Shown here: piece by piece, positions 46,818 through 57,340 of the stretch
Numbering within the stretch: the first letter of the stretch is position 1
Layout of the letters: every line of letters starts with the position of its first letter
NCBI GenBank assembly: GCA_963674735.2
Contig: CAXXQS010000001.1
Coordinates: 1,184,001-1,248,000, forward strand
Direction: 5' to 3'
Source: Myxococcota bacterium
GTDB taxonomy: Bacteria > Myxococcota_A > SURF-8
DNA length: 64,000 nucleotides
Notes under the pieces: model-generated
The model's database searches: none
The model's input: the letters and a program-made list of their open reading frames with translations, nothing else
Told to the model about the DNA's origin: nothing
Made by a program: the position numbers and the translations under genes

Positions 46818-49304
46818 CTAGTCGAAAATCAGGCGTAAGGTTGTGATGTGCCGTTTGATTTCCACCGTCAATGTCTGGTTGTCGACATCTAGCGGATGCA
46901 GGTCCTGCTCCAACGCCGTGCATTTGTAGGCGTGTTTCATTTTTCGTCCCGGTATGGAAACTTGCACTGACTGTGATTGGGCTGCATACGAAAGGAGACG
47001 GACAATTAATCCGCGTTGGTCATCGGCTTTTTTGACCGTATCCACTCGAACGTCGGGGGAGTCGACTTCGATCAGTCTCGTTGCCATACGATCGTAGAGC
47101 GCGGCATTGGGATCGATCCAGCCGGGCTTTAACACGGCATCCGCCGTCTGGGCCATGCGATTATCCCGCCAGTCTCCCGTTTCGGTGAACCATACGGCGT
47201 AATCGAGTGTTTGCAAGTCATCTTCACGCCCCGAAGCCGGATGCGCCGGGATCGGAAGAAACCGAAATGCACGTTCGGATGGGGTGTTGCGCATCGCCAC
47301 CCACTCCAGCATTCCCTGGCTATCGGCCGAGAAACTCGCCGGAGCAAAGACGGCTGCCGCCAAGCCGTGCGGACGCAGGGCATCCTTAAAATGCAGAAAG
47401 CTTTGTGCCGACCAGAAAGTAGGAACAAACAGCTTGGTCAACGGTCGTGCCACCACGCCGCCCGGAACGTCCATGATCAGGGAGGCTGGTTCGATATCCG
47501 CCGAGAAACGCACCGTGACCGTCCGACGACGAAGCGGGGTTCCAGTGATCTGCATGCGTACAACCGGACTATCATTGCGAATCCACAGTTTGCGTGTAAG
47601 TGGAACGCCTTCGAGCTCACCGGCGATCGTGACTTCGAGTACGCTTTCTTTTTTTAAAACCGTGATAGCGGCAACATTTTCGCTACTGCGCTCTTTGATG
47701 TGAAAGCGTCCCCCGGCAAACTCCTGCCCCATACGCCACAAACCACCGGAATCGACATAGCTCACGGCATCGTTTCCCAATCCGAGCATATATTCGCAAC
47801 CGTTCGGGGTTTTCCAGGATGTAAGACATCCGCCTTTGTCTTCGTCGAGTCGAAGTTTCATAAACGGTGTCGTGACTTCGAGTACACTGTCTTCCTGGCA
47901 CCATTCGGGCGGATTCGGATGTGCTTGTTCAACTGGCTTTGTCAGAGCGGCTGCTGTCGCTCGCATGGCATTTTTAACAAATTCATCGGCCTGCTTCAGC
48001 CACACACGCTGTTCTTTGTTGCAAACCCGGTCGGGAGCGGTTCCAGTGATGAAATCGTGATGGTTGCTGACGACGGCGATATCCCAGGCAGGGGTCAGAT
48101 CTGGATAGTCGGTGGAAGTATGATCGACTATATCGCTCTGGTTTTCACGAACGATCCGAAGCTTTTCTTCCAACAACAAATCTTGAACCAACTGTTTGCA
48201 CTGTATTTTCAATTCGGTACGTGACGCATAGTAGCCCATCCAGTATGGATTAGGGTCGAGTCGTAAAGTCGGCAGTTTTTCTCGATGAAACGAAACAAGA
48301 TCCAGGTAGTCGTCCAACGCACCGATGGTCAAATAGGTTCCGGTATCGGCATAGCGCTCACGGTTGTAGCGATTCAAAAGGCCATGCAACCCCGGGATCG
48401 GACCGTTGAAGTCCATTCCAATCGGGCAAAAAAGGTAAGGAGTGGCCGATATCGAGTCGAGCTGTTTTTCGAATTGGGTGATGCGGCGTGCAATGTGCCT
48501 TTCGGTACGAATGGGAAAACCGAACAGAATGCCCATCCACTTGACTGGACCCAGGTAGACTAGGTTATCGCCCTGGAAATATGTTTGTGGATTCCAGTGA
48601 CACAACACCTCCGAACCGTCCGGACCCTGCCAGACAAAGTCCAGTGTTTTAAGTTCGTCGTGTAACAGGCTGGCGCTGCTGCCGGGCCTCGGGTAATACC
48701 AGCCGGGGCGGTAATCGCTGCCGGGAAAGTTCATGCCGTCGATACGAGTGATGGCGGCATAGGGAATTCCAGCCGCTTCCAGAAGCGACGGCACGGCGGG
48801 GGAATGTCCGAAACCATCGGGAAAATACGCCATGCGTGGTCGCTGGGTCATTCCGTTATCGTGCAACCAGGATTGTCCGCGTAGGTAGTCGCGCAGGATC
48901 ACTTCCGTACTTGGGAGGTTGGTGTCGGGGGTGGTCATGCCGCTGCCGGTCAGTCGAATCCGACCGTTGTTGATGTATTTGCGCAACCTGTTTTGTTGCT
49001 CGGGGCAACGCTCCCAATACATTTTCAAGAAAAACAGACACTCGATGCTGTAAACGCGCTTCGGTTCCTGATCGAGCTGTTCGAGTGCGTTATCGAGAAT
49101 GCGCTTGATACGAAACCGGAAATATTCTTCCGAGGTGCAGAGCCAATTCGGATCCCAATGGCTGGTTTCGGCGAAAACGATCACCCGTCTGGCATCGTCG
49201 GGAATGCCCAAACGCTGACGAATGCAACTTTCATTCTCCACAGCTTGCTTCGGCTGGTGGGTAACGGTTCCGACGCGCGAGAAAATAGTGGTTGTCGATG
49301 GCAT
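46818..49304 (-). CDS. Glycoside hydrolase family 38 (alpha-mannosidase-like)
   Basis: SHWDPNW, PDGFGH, F.WQGPDGSEV, HHDFITGT and VKKADD..GLIVR motifs. Confidence 0.82.
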   Translation of the reverse strand: MPSTTTIFSRVGTVTHQPKQAVENESCIRQRLGIPDDARRVIVFAETSHWDPNWLCTSEEYFRFRIKRILDNALEQLDQEPKRVYSIECLFFLKMYWERCPEQQNRLRKYINNGRIRLTGSGMTTPDTNLPSTEVILRDYLRGQSWLHDNGMTQRPRMAYFPDGFGHSPAVPSLLEAAGIPYAAITRIDGMNFPGSDYRPGWYYPRPGSSASLLHDELKTLDFVWQGPDGSEVLCHWNPQTYFQGDNLVYLGPVKWMGILFGFPIRTERHIARRITQFEKQLDSISATPYLFCPIGMDFNGPIPGLHGLLNRYNRERYADTGTYLTIGALDDYLDLVSFHREKLPTLRLDPNPYWMGYYASRTELKIQCKQLVQDLLLEEKLRIVRENQSDIVDHTSTDYPDLTPAWDIAVVSNHHDFITGTAPDRVCNKEQRVWLKQADEFVKNAMRATAAALTKPVEQAHPNPPEWCQEDSVLEVTTPFMKLRLDEDKGGCLTSWKTPNGCEYMLGLGNDAVSYVDSGGLWRMGQEFAGGRFHIKERSSENVAAITVLKKESVLEVTIAGELEGVPLTRKLWIRNDSPVVRMQITGTPLRRRTVTVRFSADIEPASLIMDVPGGVVARPLTKLFVPTFWSAQSFLHFKDALRPHGLAAAVFAPASFSADSQGMLEWVAMRNTPSERAFRFLPIPAHPASGREDDLQTLDYAVWFTETGDWRDNRMAQTADAVLKPGWIDPNAALYDRMATRLIEVDSPDVRVDTVKKADDQRGLIVRLLSYAAQSQSVQVSIPGRKMKHAYKCTALEQDLHPLDVDNQTLTVEIKRHITTLRLIFD

Positions 49305-49442
49305 GACGTTCTCACCTTTGTTGACTGTCGCTCTATATGCCAGACTGAAATCCTTAGCTCTTATGTAATGTTAACGTAATGTGCGGTGGACTCTATGCGT
49401 GTCGTCATTTTTCACCGAAAGGAAAAAGCCAACCGAATTGGT

Positions 49443-50150
49443 TCAGCGCTTTAAAGAAGCCCGTACCGGCGCATGGTCGGGCGAATAGCACTCCACCTTT
49501 TCATTTTTCGATATCTCCGTTAATTCAAGTAGTTGCGAAAATAGTTCCGGCAATTCACGCCCGGCATGAGAACGAGCCATCCAAAGTGGCAGCATTCCTG
49601 CCATATCGATGCTGAATTGATAACGAACCTGCACGCGCCGACCGTCATCCAGAGATCGCATTTGCCAACTGCCCCGGTTATGGCTGACCCGTACGATTCC
49701 GGGGCGCTCACAGGGGCCCAACTCCGGTTTGGATTGGTAACGCACCCAGCGGACTCCATCCGTCTCGCCCCATTTCACCAGTAAAACGAAGTCCCGATCG
49801 TCGATGACGGGCAAGTTAAGGTGCTGATATAATAATAGTTTATTGTGGCCACAGCCAAGGATGTCGATGGTGCTGACCCGGTTGATGTTTCCGGGGTGGC
49901 GGCGATAGTCGAGCAATGCTTTCATGAATAAATCTGCCGATGTATCCAAAATAGCTTCTGCGGCGATGCGCACCTGCTTGGGGTCGTGATGTCGGTATAC
50001 GTTAACCCCGGCCCGTTCGAAAATGGACTCGAAACCGACTGATTCCAGGGCCACCCCCAATGGCGTACATTCAGCATCACCAGGAATGCGTGCAGAAGAA
50101 GCAACCGTCGCCAGCATGAGAAAAAGTACCAGCGAGACAATGCGAGGCAT
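49443..50150 (-). CDS. START-domain (lipid-binding) secreted protein
   Basis: Signal peptide; LPVIDDRDFV, GSW and IDMAGMLP.W motifs. Confidence 0.7.
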   Translation of the reverse strand: MPRIVSLVLFLMLATVASSARIPGDAECTPLGVALESVGFESIFERAGVNVYRHHDPKQVRIAAEAILDTSADLFMKALLDYRRHPGNINRVSTIDILGCGHNKLLLYQHLNLPVIDDRDFVLLVKWGETDGVRWVRYQSKPELGPCERPGIVRVSHNRGSWQMRSLDDGRRVQVRYQFSIDMAGMLPLWMARSHAGRELPELFSQLLELTEISKNEKVECYSPDHAPVRASLKR

Positions 50151-50552
50151 GATACAACTCCCGGACCAAACAGCACACCATCAGCATCCGCGCAACACAT
50201 AATCGGGTTCGCGTGATCAACGGTACCGGTCATGCACAAAGGTCCCCAGGACGAGCGCGTGTTGAAACTTCGGTTGCAAGGAAACGTAATTTCGAACGCG
50301 ATGGGGGCCAAAGGCGGAAATCCACTCTTTAATACTAGCGTTATGGTGTCTTACTTGCAAGCGCTTTTACGGTTATCATCATAATTTACTGCCGAGATTT
50401 GGAAGGAAGGGTGCAAGCCCAAGTAGGGCTGACGCTGAAATAGTGGATAAACTCCATTATTTAACGATAATTTCGCTTGTTTCGTCGCGTCGTTCCCGTT
50501 AGCATTTGCGATATGCAAATGAATGACACTCGATCGCTTTGCCGGAGGTTTC

Positions 50553-53198
50553 ATGCCTGTCATCAATCACGGCCATCTCATCACTTATATCATCCTGACG
50601 ATTTTGAGTTTTTCTGCTTGTTCGGATGGAACGTCAAACCAGTCTGAAAACGGGGATACGGACATCGCGGAATCGGATGGGGACTCCATTCCCGACGGAG
50701 ATCGTTCGAACGATGACGGTGATTTGGATGAAACAATGCCGGAATGTCATATCGACACCGATTGCGAGGATAGCGAAGTCTGTCACGAGGGTCAGTGCCG
50801 GGAACCGGTCTATCCGGCCGTCTCCGAGTTCGCGACAATCCGTGCCAATTATGAACTGAACAGTGAAAACCTGCTGGTAAATGGACGTACCATAACACCG
50901 GCCGGCGAAGCCGTTTTCGTCGGCGTGCAGCCTAACCGTCTAGCGTTGACGCCGGACGGAAATTTCGCTGTGGTCAATGAAGCTACCTGGGGAACTCGCG
51001 GAGGCAAAGCAAACCGGGGAAATTATGCACTAAGAGTTGTGGATTTGAGCAGCATGGAGGTTGTGGATACACAATCTCCACCCACGAACGCCGTTTGGCA
51101 TGGGTTGCATTTGCAGGCTGGAAGTCCGCTGACAGTGTGGACGACCGGAGGGAAAGACAACCGAATTCATGAGTTCGAGCTTTCAACAGAGGGGCACCTG
51201 CTATTCCGCCGTTCCATCTCGATAGACGGTTGCTACACCACCGACATCTTACTCGACGCAGCCGGTCAAACGGCTTATGTGACGTGCTTGAAAAGCTCGA
51301 CCCTCGCACTGAGCGGCAGCGTGCAGAAAGTCGATTTGCAAAGCGAGACGATCCTCGCTAAAACGTCCCTTGCCGGTGCGTTTTACCTGGGGCTTTCTCC
51401 CGACGAAAGCGATTTGTGGGTTACCAGCATTGCAACCGAAGTCCGCCCGGCAGAAGGCGACACCGTAACCATTTTCGACGCGACGGATCTTGGTTTCAAA
51501 CAATCGGTCCACGTTGGTTTGGGCGCGGAGGGAATTCAGATCGTATCGGAACGCAACGAGGTTTTTGTGGCTTGTAATCGCAGTGACGACATATACGTGC
51601 TCGACCTGCAAAGCTATGCGATCAAAGAAAGCTTGTCCCTGCACGAAGACACGGCCCCTCTCAAAGGCATGTATCCGGTACGCTTATGGGTCGATTCCGA
51701 CAGCCACCGGCTTTACGTGGCCGCCTCACATGAAAACGCCCTTGCCGTTATCGATCTGGCAACAAAGAAAACCCTCGGTTTCATCCCCACCGGCTGGTAT
51801 CCGAACGATCTGGCCCTGACTCCCGATGGAACGTCGTTGATTGTCTCCAACGGTCGTGGAACCGGCGATGGCCCGGCCGACTACCCCGGCCCCGGTGTCG
51901 CAGGACCGGGGCGTAATCTGCGAGGAACCATCTCGAAGATCTCTCTGCCCAACGATTCGGAATTGGTCGATTACACCGAACAAGTTGCCTTGAACAATAA
52001 CCGGCAGGCGCAGTTCTTCGATTTTTCCAACGGTAATGATACGCCCTTGCCAAGTCCCGATGCGGATCCCATACCCAGTGAGAAAATCAAACATATTTTC
52101 TTTATCCTGAAGGAGAATTTCAGCTACGACTGCGCCTACGGCGATTTTGAGCGGGGTGTCGGAAACCCGGATTACTTACTGTGGGGTGAAGATATTCTAC
52201 CCAACCAACGCAAACTGGCGCGCGAGTTCACGCTGTTTGACAATTTTTACTGTGAAAGCGACAGCAGTCTGGATGGGCACCAGTGGGCGGCGGCGGGTAT
52301 CGAAACCGACTTCAATGAAAAATACAACTGGCATGCATCCGATTTCGGTACGATTGCCTGCTCGTTGACCCCCGGTACCGCCCCGGAGTCGGATTACATT
52401 CTGCCGCATCTGATCAAGCAGGGGATCGATGCTTTCGGTTTCGGCGGCATAGAGAACTTCGGAGCCGAAAGCCTGACGGTATACGCCGAAAATCTCATGC
52501 CAGGATACGAATGGAACACGGTGCCAGACGTCACCGATGTCTCGCGGGCGGAATTGTTCCAGGAAGAATTCGCCCGTCGTCTTGAAGAAGGGACCATCCC
52601 GAGTTATTCATGGATTTTCCTCGGTAATAACCATGCTTTTGGACTGACGGTGGGAGAACCCATCCCGGAATATTGGGTTGCCGAAAACGATTTGGCAGTC
52701 GGGATGGTGATCGATACGATCGCTCGAAGTTCCATATGGGAAAACTCCCTGATTTTCATCACCGAAGACGATGCGCAGTCCGGCAACGATCATATCGACA
52801 AACACCGCTGTCCGGCTCTGGCTGTGGGGCCGTATGTCAAGCGAGCCTATCTGTCGAGCGTTTTGTATACGATCAACAATTTCCATAAAACCGCTGAGTT
52901 GTTGCTTGGCAGCGGGCCGATGCATCGGCTCGACAATCGCGCTATCGGCATGTACGACATCTTCACTGCGCGTCCCGACCTGACCCCATATGAGGGTGTT
53001 CTCGACGAGGTGCCACGCACGATTTACGAAGGCCCCGAAAACAGTCTGACCCGCATGAGCGCCCGAATGGACTGGTCGGCCATCGACCGCAATCCCGACG
53101 CAAACGAACTGTATTGGCGTTATCGCAAAGGTAGCGAGCCGCCACCGGCCAGCGTGTACTATCGGTATAGAGAATTGGAAGAAGAAGACGAGTACTAA
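50553..53198 (+). CDS. Lipoprotein with YncE/YVTN beta-propeller and phosphoesterase (alkaline-phosphatase-like) domain
   Basis: Lipobox FSA-C and DGD linker; IPTGWYP, KHIFFILKEN.SYD, SLDGHQW and EDDAQSGNDH motifs. Confidence 0.85.
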   Translation: MPVINHGHLITYIILTILSFSACSDGTSNQSENGDTDIAESDGDSIPDGDRSNDDGDLDETMPECHIDTDCEDSEVCHEGQCREPVYPAVSEFATIRANYELNSENLLVNGRTITPAGEAVFVGVQPNRLALTPDGNFAVVNEATWGTRGGKANRGNYALRVVDLSSMEVVDTQSPPTNAVWHGLHLQAGSPLTVWTTGGKDNRIHEFELSTEGHLLFRRSISIDGCYTTDILLDAAGQTAYVTCLKSSTLALSGSVQKVDLQSETILAKTSLAGAFYLGLSPDESDLWVTSIATEVRPAEGDTVTIFDATDLGFKQSVHVGLGAEGIQIVSERNEVFVACNRSDDIYVLDLQSYAIKESLSLHEDTAPLKGMYPVRLWVDSDSHRLYVAASHENALAVIDLATKKTLGFIPTGWYPNDLALTPDGTSLIVSNGRGTGDGPADYPGPGVAGPGRNLRGTISKISLPNDSELVDYTEQVALNNNRQAQFFDFSNGNDTPLPSPDADPIPSEKIKHIFFILKENFSYDCAYGDFERGVGNPDYLLWGEDILPNQRKLAREFTLFDNFYCESDSSLDGHQWAAAGIETDFNEKYNWHASDFGTIACSLTPGTAPESDYILPHLIKQGIDAFGFGGIENFGAESLTVYAENLMPGYEWNTVPDVTDVSRAELFQEEFARRLEEGTIPSYSWIFLGNNHAFGLTVGEPIPEYWVAENDLAVGMVIDTIARSSIWENSLIFITEDDAQSGNDHIDKHRCPALAVGPYVKRAYLSSVLYTINNFHKTAELLLGSGPMHRLDNRAIGMYDIFTARPDLTPYEGVLDEVPRTIYEGPENSLTRMSARMDWSAIDRNPDANELYWRYRKGSEPPPASVYYRYRELEEEDEY

Positions 53199-53288
53199 GG
53201 CACAGGGCAGGGTATTGGTGCCGAATGCTCCCTGGACCAGCTAGCCACTGAAAATGGATGAGATTACATTCGATTCTGGGATTCAACC

Positions 53289-53331
53289 AAAAAAATCGGG
53301 GCGCGTCGGATGAAAAATACGACGGCCCCGA
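53289..53331 (-). terminator. Terminator after rhlE
   Basis: CGGGGC..GTCG/CGAC..GCCCCG stem followed by T7 on the minus strand. Confidence 0.6.
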
Positions 53332-53359
53332 AGCAAATCAGACTGTGTAACTTAAACGT

Positions 53360-54706
53360 TTACCCGCGTGACGGTCTGGGAGCGGGTTTCGAGGAGTTCG
53401 GTCCCCTGCGGCGGCGGGGGCGATAGCCACCTGAGCTATTGCTGCGGCTGGAACTTCCCGACTGGCCGTCGCGACGCGGATTGTCGGACGTGCGACGCGG
53501 TGAACCGCCTTTAGATTCGGTTGGTTGGGGGCGTGTTGCGGTCGTCACAACAGGCCGTGGCGTCTTCGGGTCGCTATAGCGGATCTGCGGATTTTTGTGC
53601 ACATCGATGCGGCGACGGATGAGGCGTTCAATCGAATGAAGTAGCGGTCGTTCGTCATGACCACAAAACGAGAATGCAATCCCCGATGCCCCGGCGCGGC
53701 CGGTCCGGCCGATGCGATGAACATAGGATTCCGGCTCGTTGGGCAAATCGAAATTGACCACGTGTGTGACCTGATCGATATCCAACCCGCGCGAAGCGAT
53801 ATCCGTAGCAACCAGAACCCGGGAGACTCCGCGTTTGAAACTATCCAACGCTTGCTCGCGTTTGTTTTGCGATTTGTTGCCATGGATGGCCGCAGCCGCA
53901 ATGGAAGCATAAGCGAGCTTGCGGACGACTTTGTCGGCCCCATGCTTGGTTCGCGTGAAAACCAGTGTTCGACTCATCGAGCGGTCGTTGAGCAGGTCGA
54001 CGAGCAGCCCGATTTTTTCCGGTCGCTCGACGAAATAGACGGACTGGTCGATGCTTTCAACCGTGGTTGCCTGCGGAGTGACGCTTACCGTAATCGGATT
54101 ATGCAGAATACCTTCCGCAAGTTGAACGATACGGGGCGGAAGAGTCGCTGAGAACAGCAGGGTTTGACGTTTCGCAGGGATCGCCTTGACCACTCGGCGG
54201 ATATCGTGGATGAACCCCATATCGAGCATGCGGTCGGCTTCGTCCAGCACAAAGTACTCGATCTCCGAAAGATCCACATACCCCTGGTTCATCAGGTCGA
54301 GCAGACGTCCGGGAGTAGCGACGAGAATGTCGACTCCCGCTGTGAGGGCGCGTGTTTGCGAGTACTGATTGACGCCTCCGAAAATCACGGTGGAATGAAA
54401 ACCCGAACTTTGTCCGAAATCGGTAAAGCTTTGTCCGATCTGAGAAGCCAACTCGCGGGTCGGTGCCAGAGTCAGAACACGAATTCGTTTTTTTCCACGT
54501 CTGCTGCCGGATTGGAGCATGCGTTGAAGAATCGGGAGTGCGAAAGCGGCGGTTTTACCGGTACCGGTTTGGGCGCAGCCCATCACATCTTTGCCGTCTA
54601 AAACGGGAGGAATTGCTAACTCCTGGATTTTCGTCGGGTTTTCGTACCCTTGTCGTTTGACGGATTGAAGGAGAGAGCCGGAAAAATGAAATTCCTTGAA
54701 ATTCAT
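53360..54706 (-). CDS. rhlE: DEAD-box RNA helicase (RhlE-like)
   Basis: [21 protein letters not shown] and HRIGRTGR motifs, with a basic Arg/Ser tail. Confidence 0.88.
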   Translation of the reverse strand: MNFKEFHFSGSLLQSVKRQGYENPTKIQELAIPPVLDGKDVMGCAQTGTGKTAAFALPILQRMLQSGSRRGKKRIRVLTLAPTRELASQIGQSFTDFGQSSGFHSTVIFGGVNQYSQTRALTAGVDILVATPGRLLDLMNQGYVDLSEIEYFVLDEADRMLDMGFIHDIRRVVKAIPAKRQTLLFSATLPPRIVQLAEGILHNPITVSVTPQATTVESIDQSVYFVERPEKIGLLVDLLNDRSMSRTLVFTRTKHGADKVVRKLAYASIAAAAIHGNKSQNKREQALDSFKRGVSRVLVATDIASRGLDIDQVTHVVNFDLPNEPESYVHRIGRTGRAGASGIAFSFCGHDERPLLHSIERLIRRRIDVHKNPQIRYSDPKTPRPVVTTATRPQPTESKGGSPRRTSDNPRRDGQSGSSSRSNSSGGYRPRRRRGPNSSKPAPRPSRG

Positions 54707-55359
54707 AAAAAAGTGCCTATTCTAACCTTGATTCGTTCAAGGAAAACGGCAAACGTAGCCTGCATCGATGAATATCTGGGGAGAATTAGTTAGCCCAGAG
54801 GCGTGAGAGTTCACGCGAATTCGCTGGAGGGTCGCCTGCGACTCGATACTTATACATTCAATTGATACGAAAGTCAACCTAAATATGCCTGCAAACGAAC
54901 AAATCAATGAATGACTGCTGGGATCGATAGTCACGAATTGGTGAGAATTCGATGCCTCCTGGTTCGGTGAGATTAATTAATCTAGTAATATCATTAAATT
55001 ACCCTGGTGTGCAAACGTCTCTGGGTTGCTGATTTAAAGAGAAAAAGGCAATGGGTAGGATTTCTTATTTTAAAATAGGCCATTCAAAAGCGAGCAAATT
55101 ACTTGTAGGTCGAGAAACTGAACCCGCATTTCGCCTAACATTAAGAAAATAATTGGAAAAAATTAAAAAATGTCTTGCATATTTGTTTCCGTGCTTGTAG
55201 GCTACTAGCGGTTCTTGGTGACGACATTTAGCCGGTCATGTTCTCTTCGATTATTCAATAGGTAATCCCCAACAAGATAACATCAACCGTATTTACTGTT
55301 CCTCACCTTTACGGGAATGGTCCCGGGACCAAGTAATTTGTGCTGAAAGGACGAATAGA

Positions 55360-55623
55360 ATGCAGAACAAACTTTATGTGGGTGGTTTGGCTTGGGCTAC
55401 GGACAATGCCGGCTTGGAAAAGTATTTTTCCTCTTACGGAACCATCGAAGAAGCCAAGGTCATCACGGATCGTGAAACCGGTCGTAGCCGTGGCTTCGGC
55501 TTTGTCACCTTCTCGGATGAAGCTGACGCCCAAAAAGCGCTGTCCTTGGACGGAAGCGAGTTGGATGGCCGGACCTTGAAGGTCAACATTGCTCAGGACA
55601 AGCCGCGCCGCGATCGCTGGTAA
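55360..55623 (+). CDS. RRM RNA-binding protein
   Basis: RNP2 LYVGGL and RNP1 RGFGFVTF. Confidence 0.95.
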   Translation: MQNKLYVGGLAWATDNAGLEKYFSSYGTIEEAKVITDRETGRSRGFGFVTFSDEADAQKALSLDGSELDGRTLKVNIAQDKPRRDRW

Positions 55624-55709
55624 AACCGAAAAGCCTTCACCGGCTTCTTGGATCTCGGGAATAAATTGATGCCGCTTCGGCGTATCTAAGTTCTCAGAGC
55701 ACCAGAACA

Positions 55710-55753
55710 AAAAGAAAGCACGAGCGAATTTTGGTTCGCCCGTGCTTTTTTTT
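55710..55753 (+). terminator. Terminator (possibly bidirectional) after the RRM gene
   Basis: AAAGCACGAGCGAA...TTCGCCCGTGCTTT stem with T run and a preceding A run. Confidence 0.75.
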
Positions 55754-55836
55754 GTCATCATTTAAAATCAGTTGCGCGATTTTGCCAGATCGATTATCAA
55801 AACCGGAAGACTTTTTCCGAAATCGCTTCGATTACA

Positions 55837-56313
55837 CTAGCCGAGACGTTTAACGAGATTTCCCACTATCTTTCCGTATCGTAAGCACTCTTCGCGAGCG
55901 CCGTCATCCGGCGCGCCGACGCTGACCGGTCCGTAATGATGTCCCTTCCAGGAGCCTTGGACCACCATGCCGTGGACCAACCAGGCTTGCAGAATGCTCT
56001 GAATCGTGGTTTCGTTACCACCGGCCAGGTTTCCCGAACTGCTGAACGCTCCTCCGACTTTGCCTTCCAGGCGTCCGAATCGTTTGACGCTGGTATCGAT
56101 GAATTGTTTGACTTCCGCAGCCATGACTCCGAAATAAGTCGGACTGCCTAGAATAATGCCATCGGCGTCATCCAGATCGTCGAGAGTTGTGTCGGATAGC
56201 TTTTTCACGATAACATCGATATCATCGACGCTCGAAACACCTTCTTGAATCAAGTTCGCCATTTTTTCGGTGTTGCCTGTGCGGCTGTAATAACTGATCA
56301 GAACTTTTTTCAT
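55837..56313 (-). CDS. Flavodoxin / WrbA-like NAD(P)H oxidoreductase
   Basis: YYSRTGNTEKMA, GSPTYFG and GGNET motifs. Confidence 0.9.
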   Translation of the reverse strand: MKKVLISYYSRTGNTEKMANLIQEGVSSVDDIDVIVKKLSDTTLDDLDDADGIILGSPTYFGVMAAEVKQFIDTSVKRFGRLEGKVGGAFSSSGNLAGGNETTIQSILQAWLVHGMVVQGSWKGHHYGPVSVGAPDDGAREECLRYGKIVGNLVKRLG

Positions 56314-57317
56314 TACTGACTCCGTTTCGATTTACCTGTTTTAATCGGGATCATACGTCGCTCGCGAGCCGAGCGATATAAAGCATCGATAACATCCATG
56401 TTCCGAATGGCATCCTCTACTGGCCAGCGCGGGTCGCGCTGTTGCTGGACGGCTTCCATGAAGTCGAGGATTTCGAGTGAGTAGGGATTAGCTCCGGGGA
56501 TTTCAAGTCGTTCGCTTGATTGATTGTTTTCTACAAGGATCGTGGCGCTTTCCATCCTGGGAGACCAGGGTGCGTTCAGAACGATCCTGCCTTTCGTTCC
56601 GACGATTTCGGCCCGGGTTCGGGACGACGTCTCCAAACTGCAATCGATCTGGGCCAGCACGCCGTTTTCGAACTGCAAGATGCCATGCAGACTTAGGTCG
56701 ACATCGGAACGAATGTCGACCGCGGAAACGCGACGAGGTTCTTGCCCGGTGATAAAGCGAGTGAAACTGACGCCATAGCAGCCGAGGTCCATGAGAGCGC
56801 CGCCAGCCAGATCATGGCGGTATTGCACGGCCGATGGGTTGTCCAATGTATGCGAAAAAGAAGCGTGCAAGCTTTTGATTTCCCCGATGGATTCGGATTC
56901 AAGAAGTTCGAATACCTTTTCATAGATAGGGTGAAAGCGATACATGAACGCTTCCGCGACGGGGATTTTGGCTTGACGAGCGGCATTCGCCACTTGACGT
57001 GCTTCGGCCGCATTTGCTGTGAACGGCTTTTCACATAGTGCCGGGACTCCGGCTTCGATAGCTGCCAAGGTCCATTCGGCGTGTAGGCTGTTGGGGAGCG
57101 GGATGTAAACGGCGTCTACCTGGTTTGAGTCGAGTAGGTCCTGATAGGAACCATAGGCAAAGGGTACGGCGCGTTCGGCCGCCCAGTCATAGGCGCGGGA
57201 TTGATCTCGTGAGGCGACGGCGATCACTCCGGTTTGAGGAATGCTTGAGATCGCTTTCACGAATGTATCTGCGATGTTGGCAGTGCTGAGGATGCCCCAG
57301 CAAAAAGGTCGTGCCAT
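56313..57317 (-). CDS. Gfo/Idh/MocA oxidoreductase
   Basis: WGILSTANIA, YIPLPNSLH, CEKP, EAFMYRFHP and GGALMDLGCY motifs. Confidence 0.93.
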   Translation of the reverse strand: MARPFCWGILSTANIADTFVKAISSIPQTGVIAVASRDQSRAYDWAAERAVPFAYGSYQDLLDSNQVDAVYIPLPNSLHAEWTLAAIEAGVPALCEKPFTANAAEARQVANAARQAKIPVAEAFMYRFHPIYEKVFELLESESIGEIKSLHASFSHTLDNPSAVQYRHDLAGGALMDLGCYGVSFTRFITGQEPRRVSAVDIRSDVDLSLHGILQFENGVLAQIDCSLETSSRTRAEIVGTKGRIVLNAPWSPRMESATILVENNQSSERLEIPGANPYSLEILDFMEAVQQQRDPRWPVEDAIRNMDVIDALYRSARERRMIPIKTGKSKRSQ

Positions 57318-57340
57318 GTTTCAATCCTTTCCGGGGGCGA

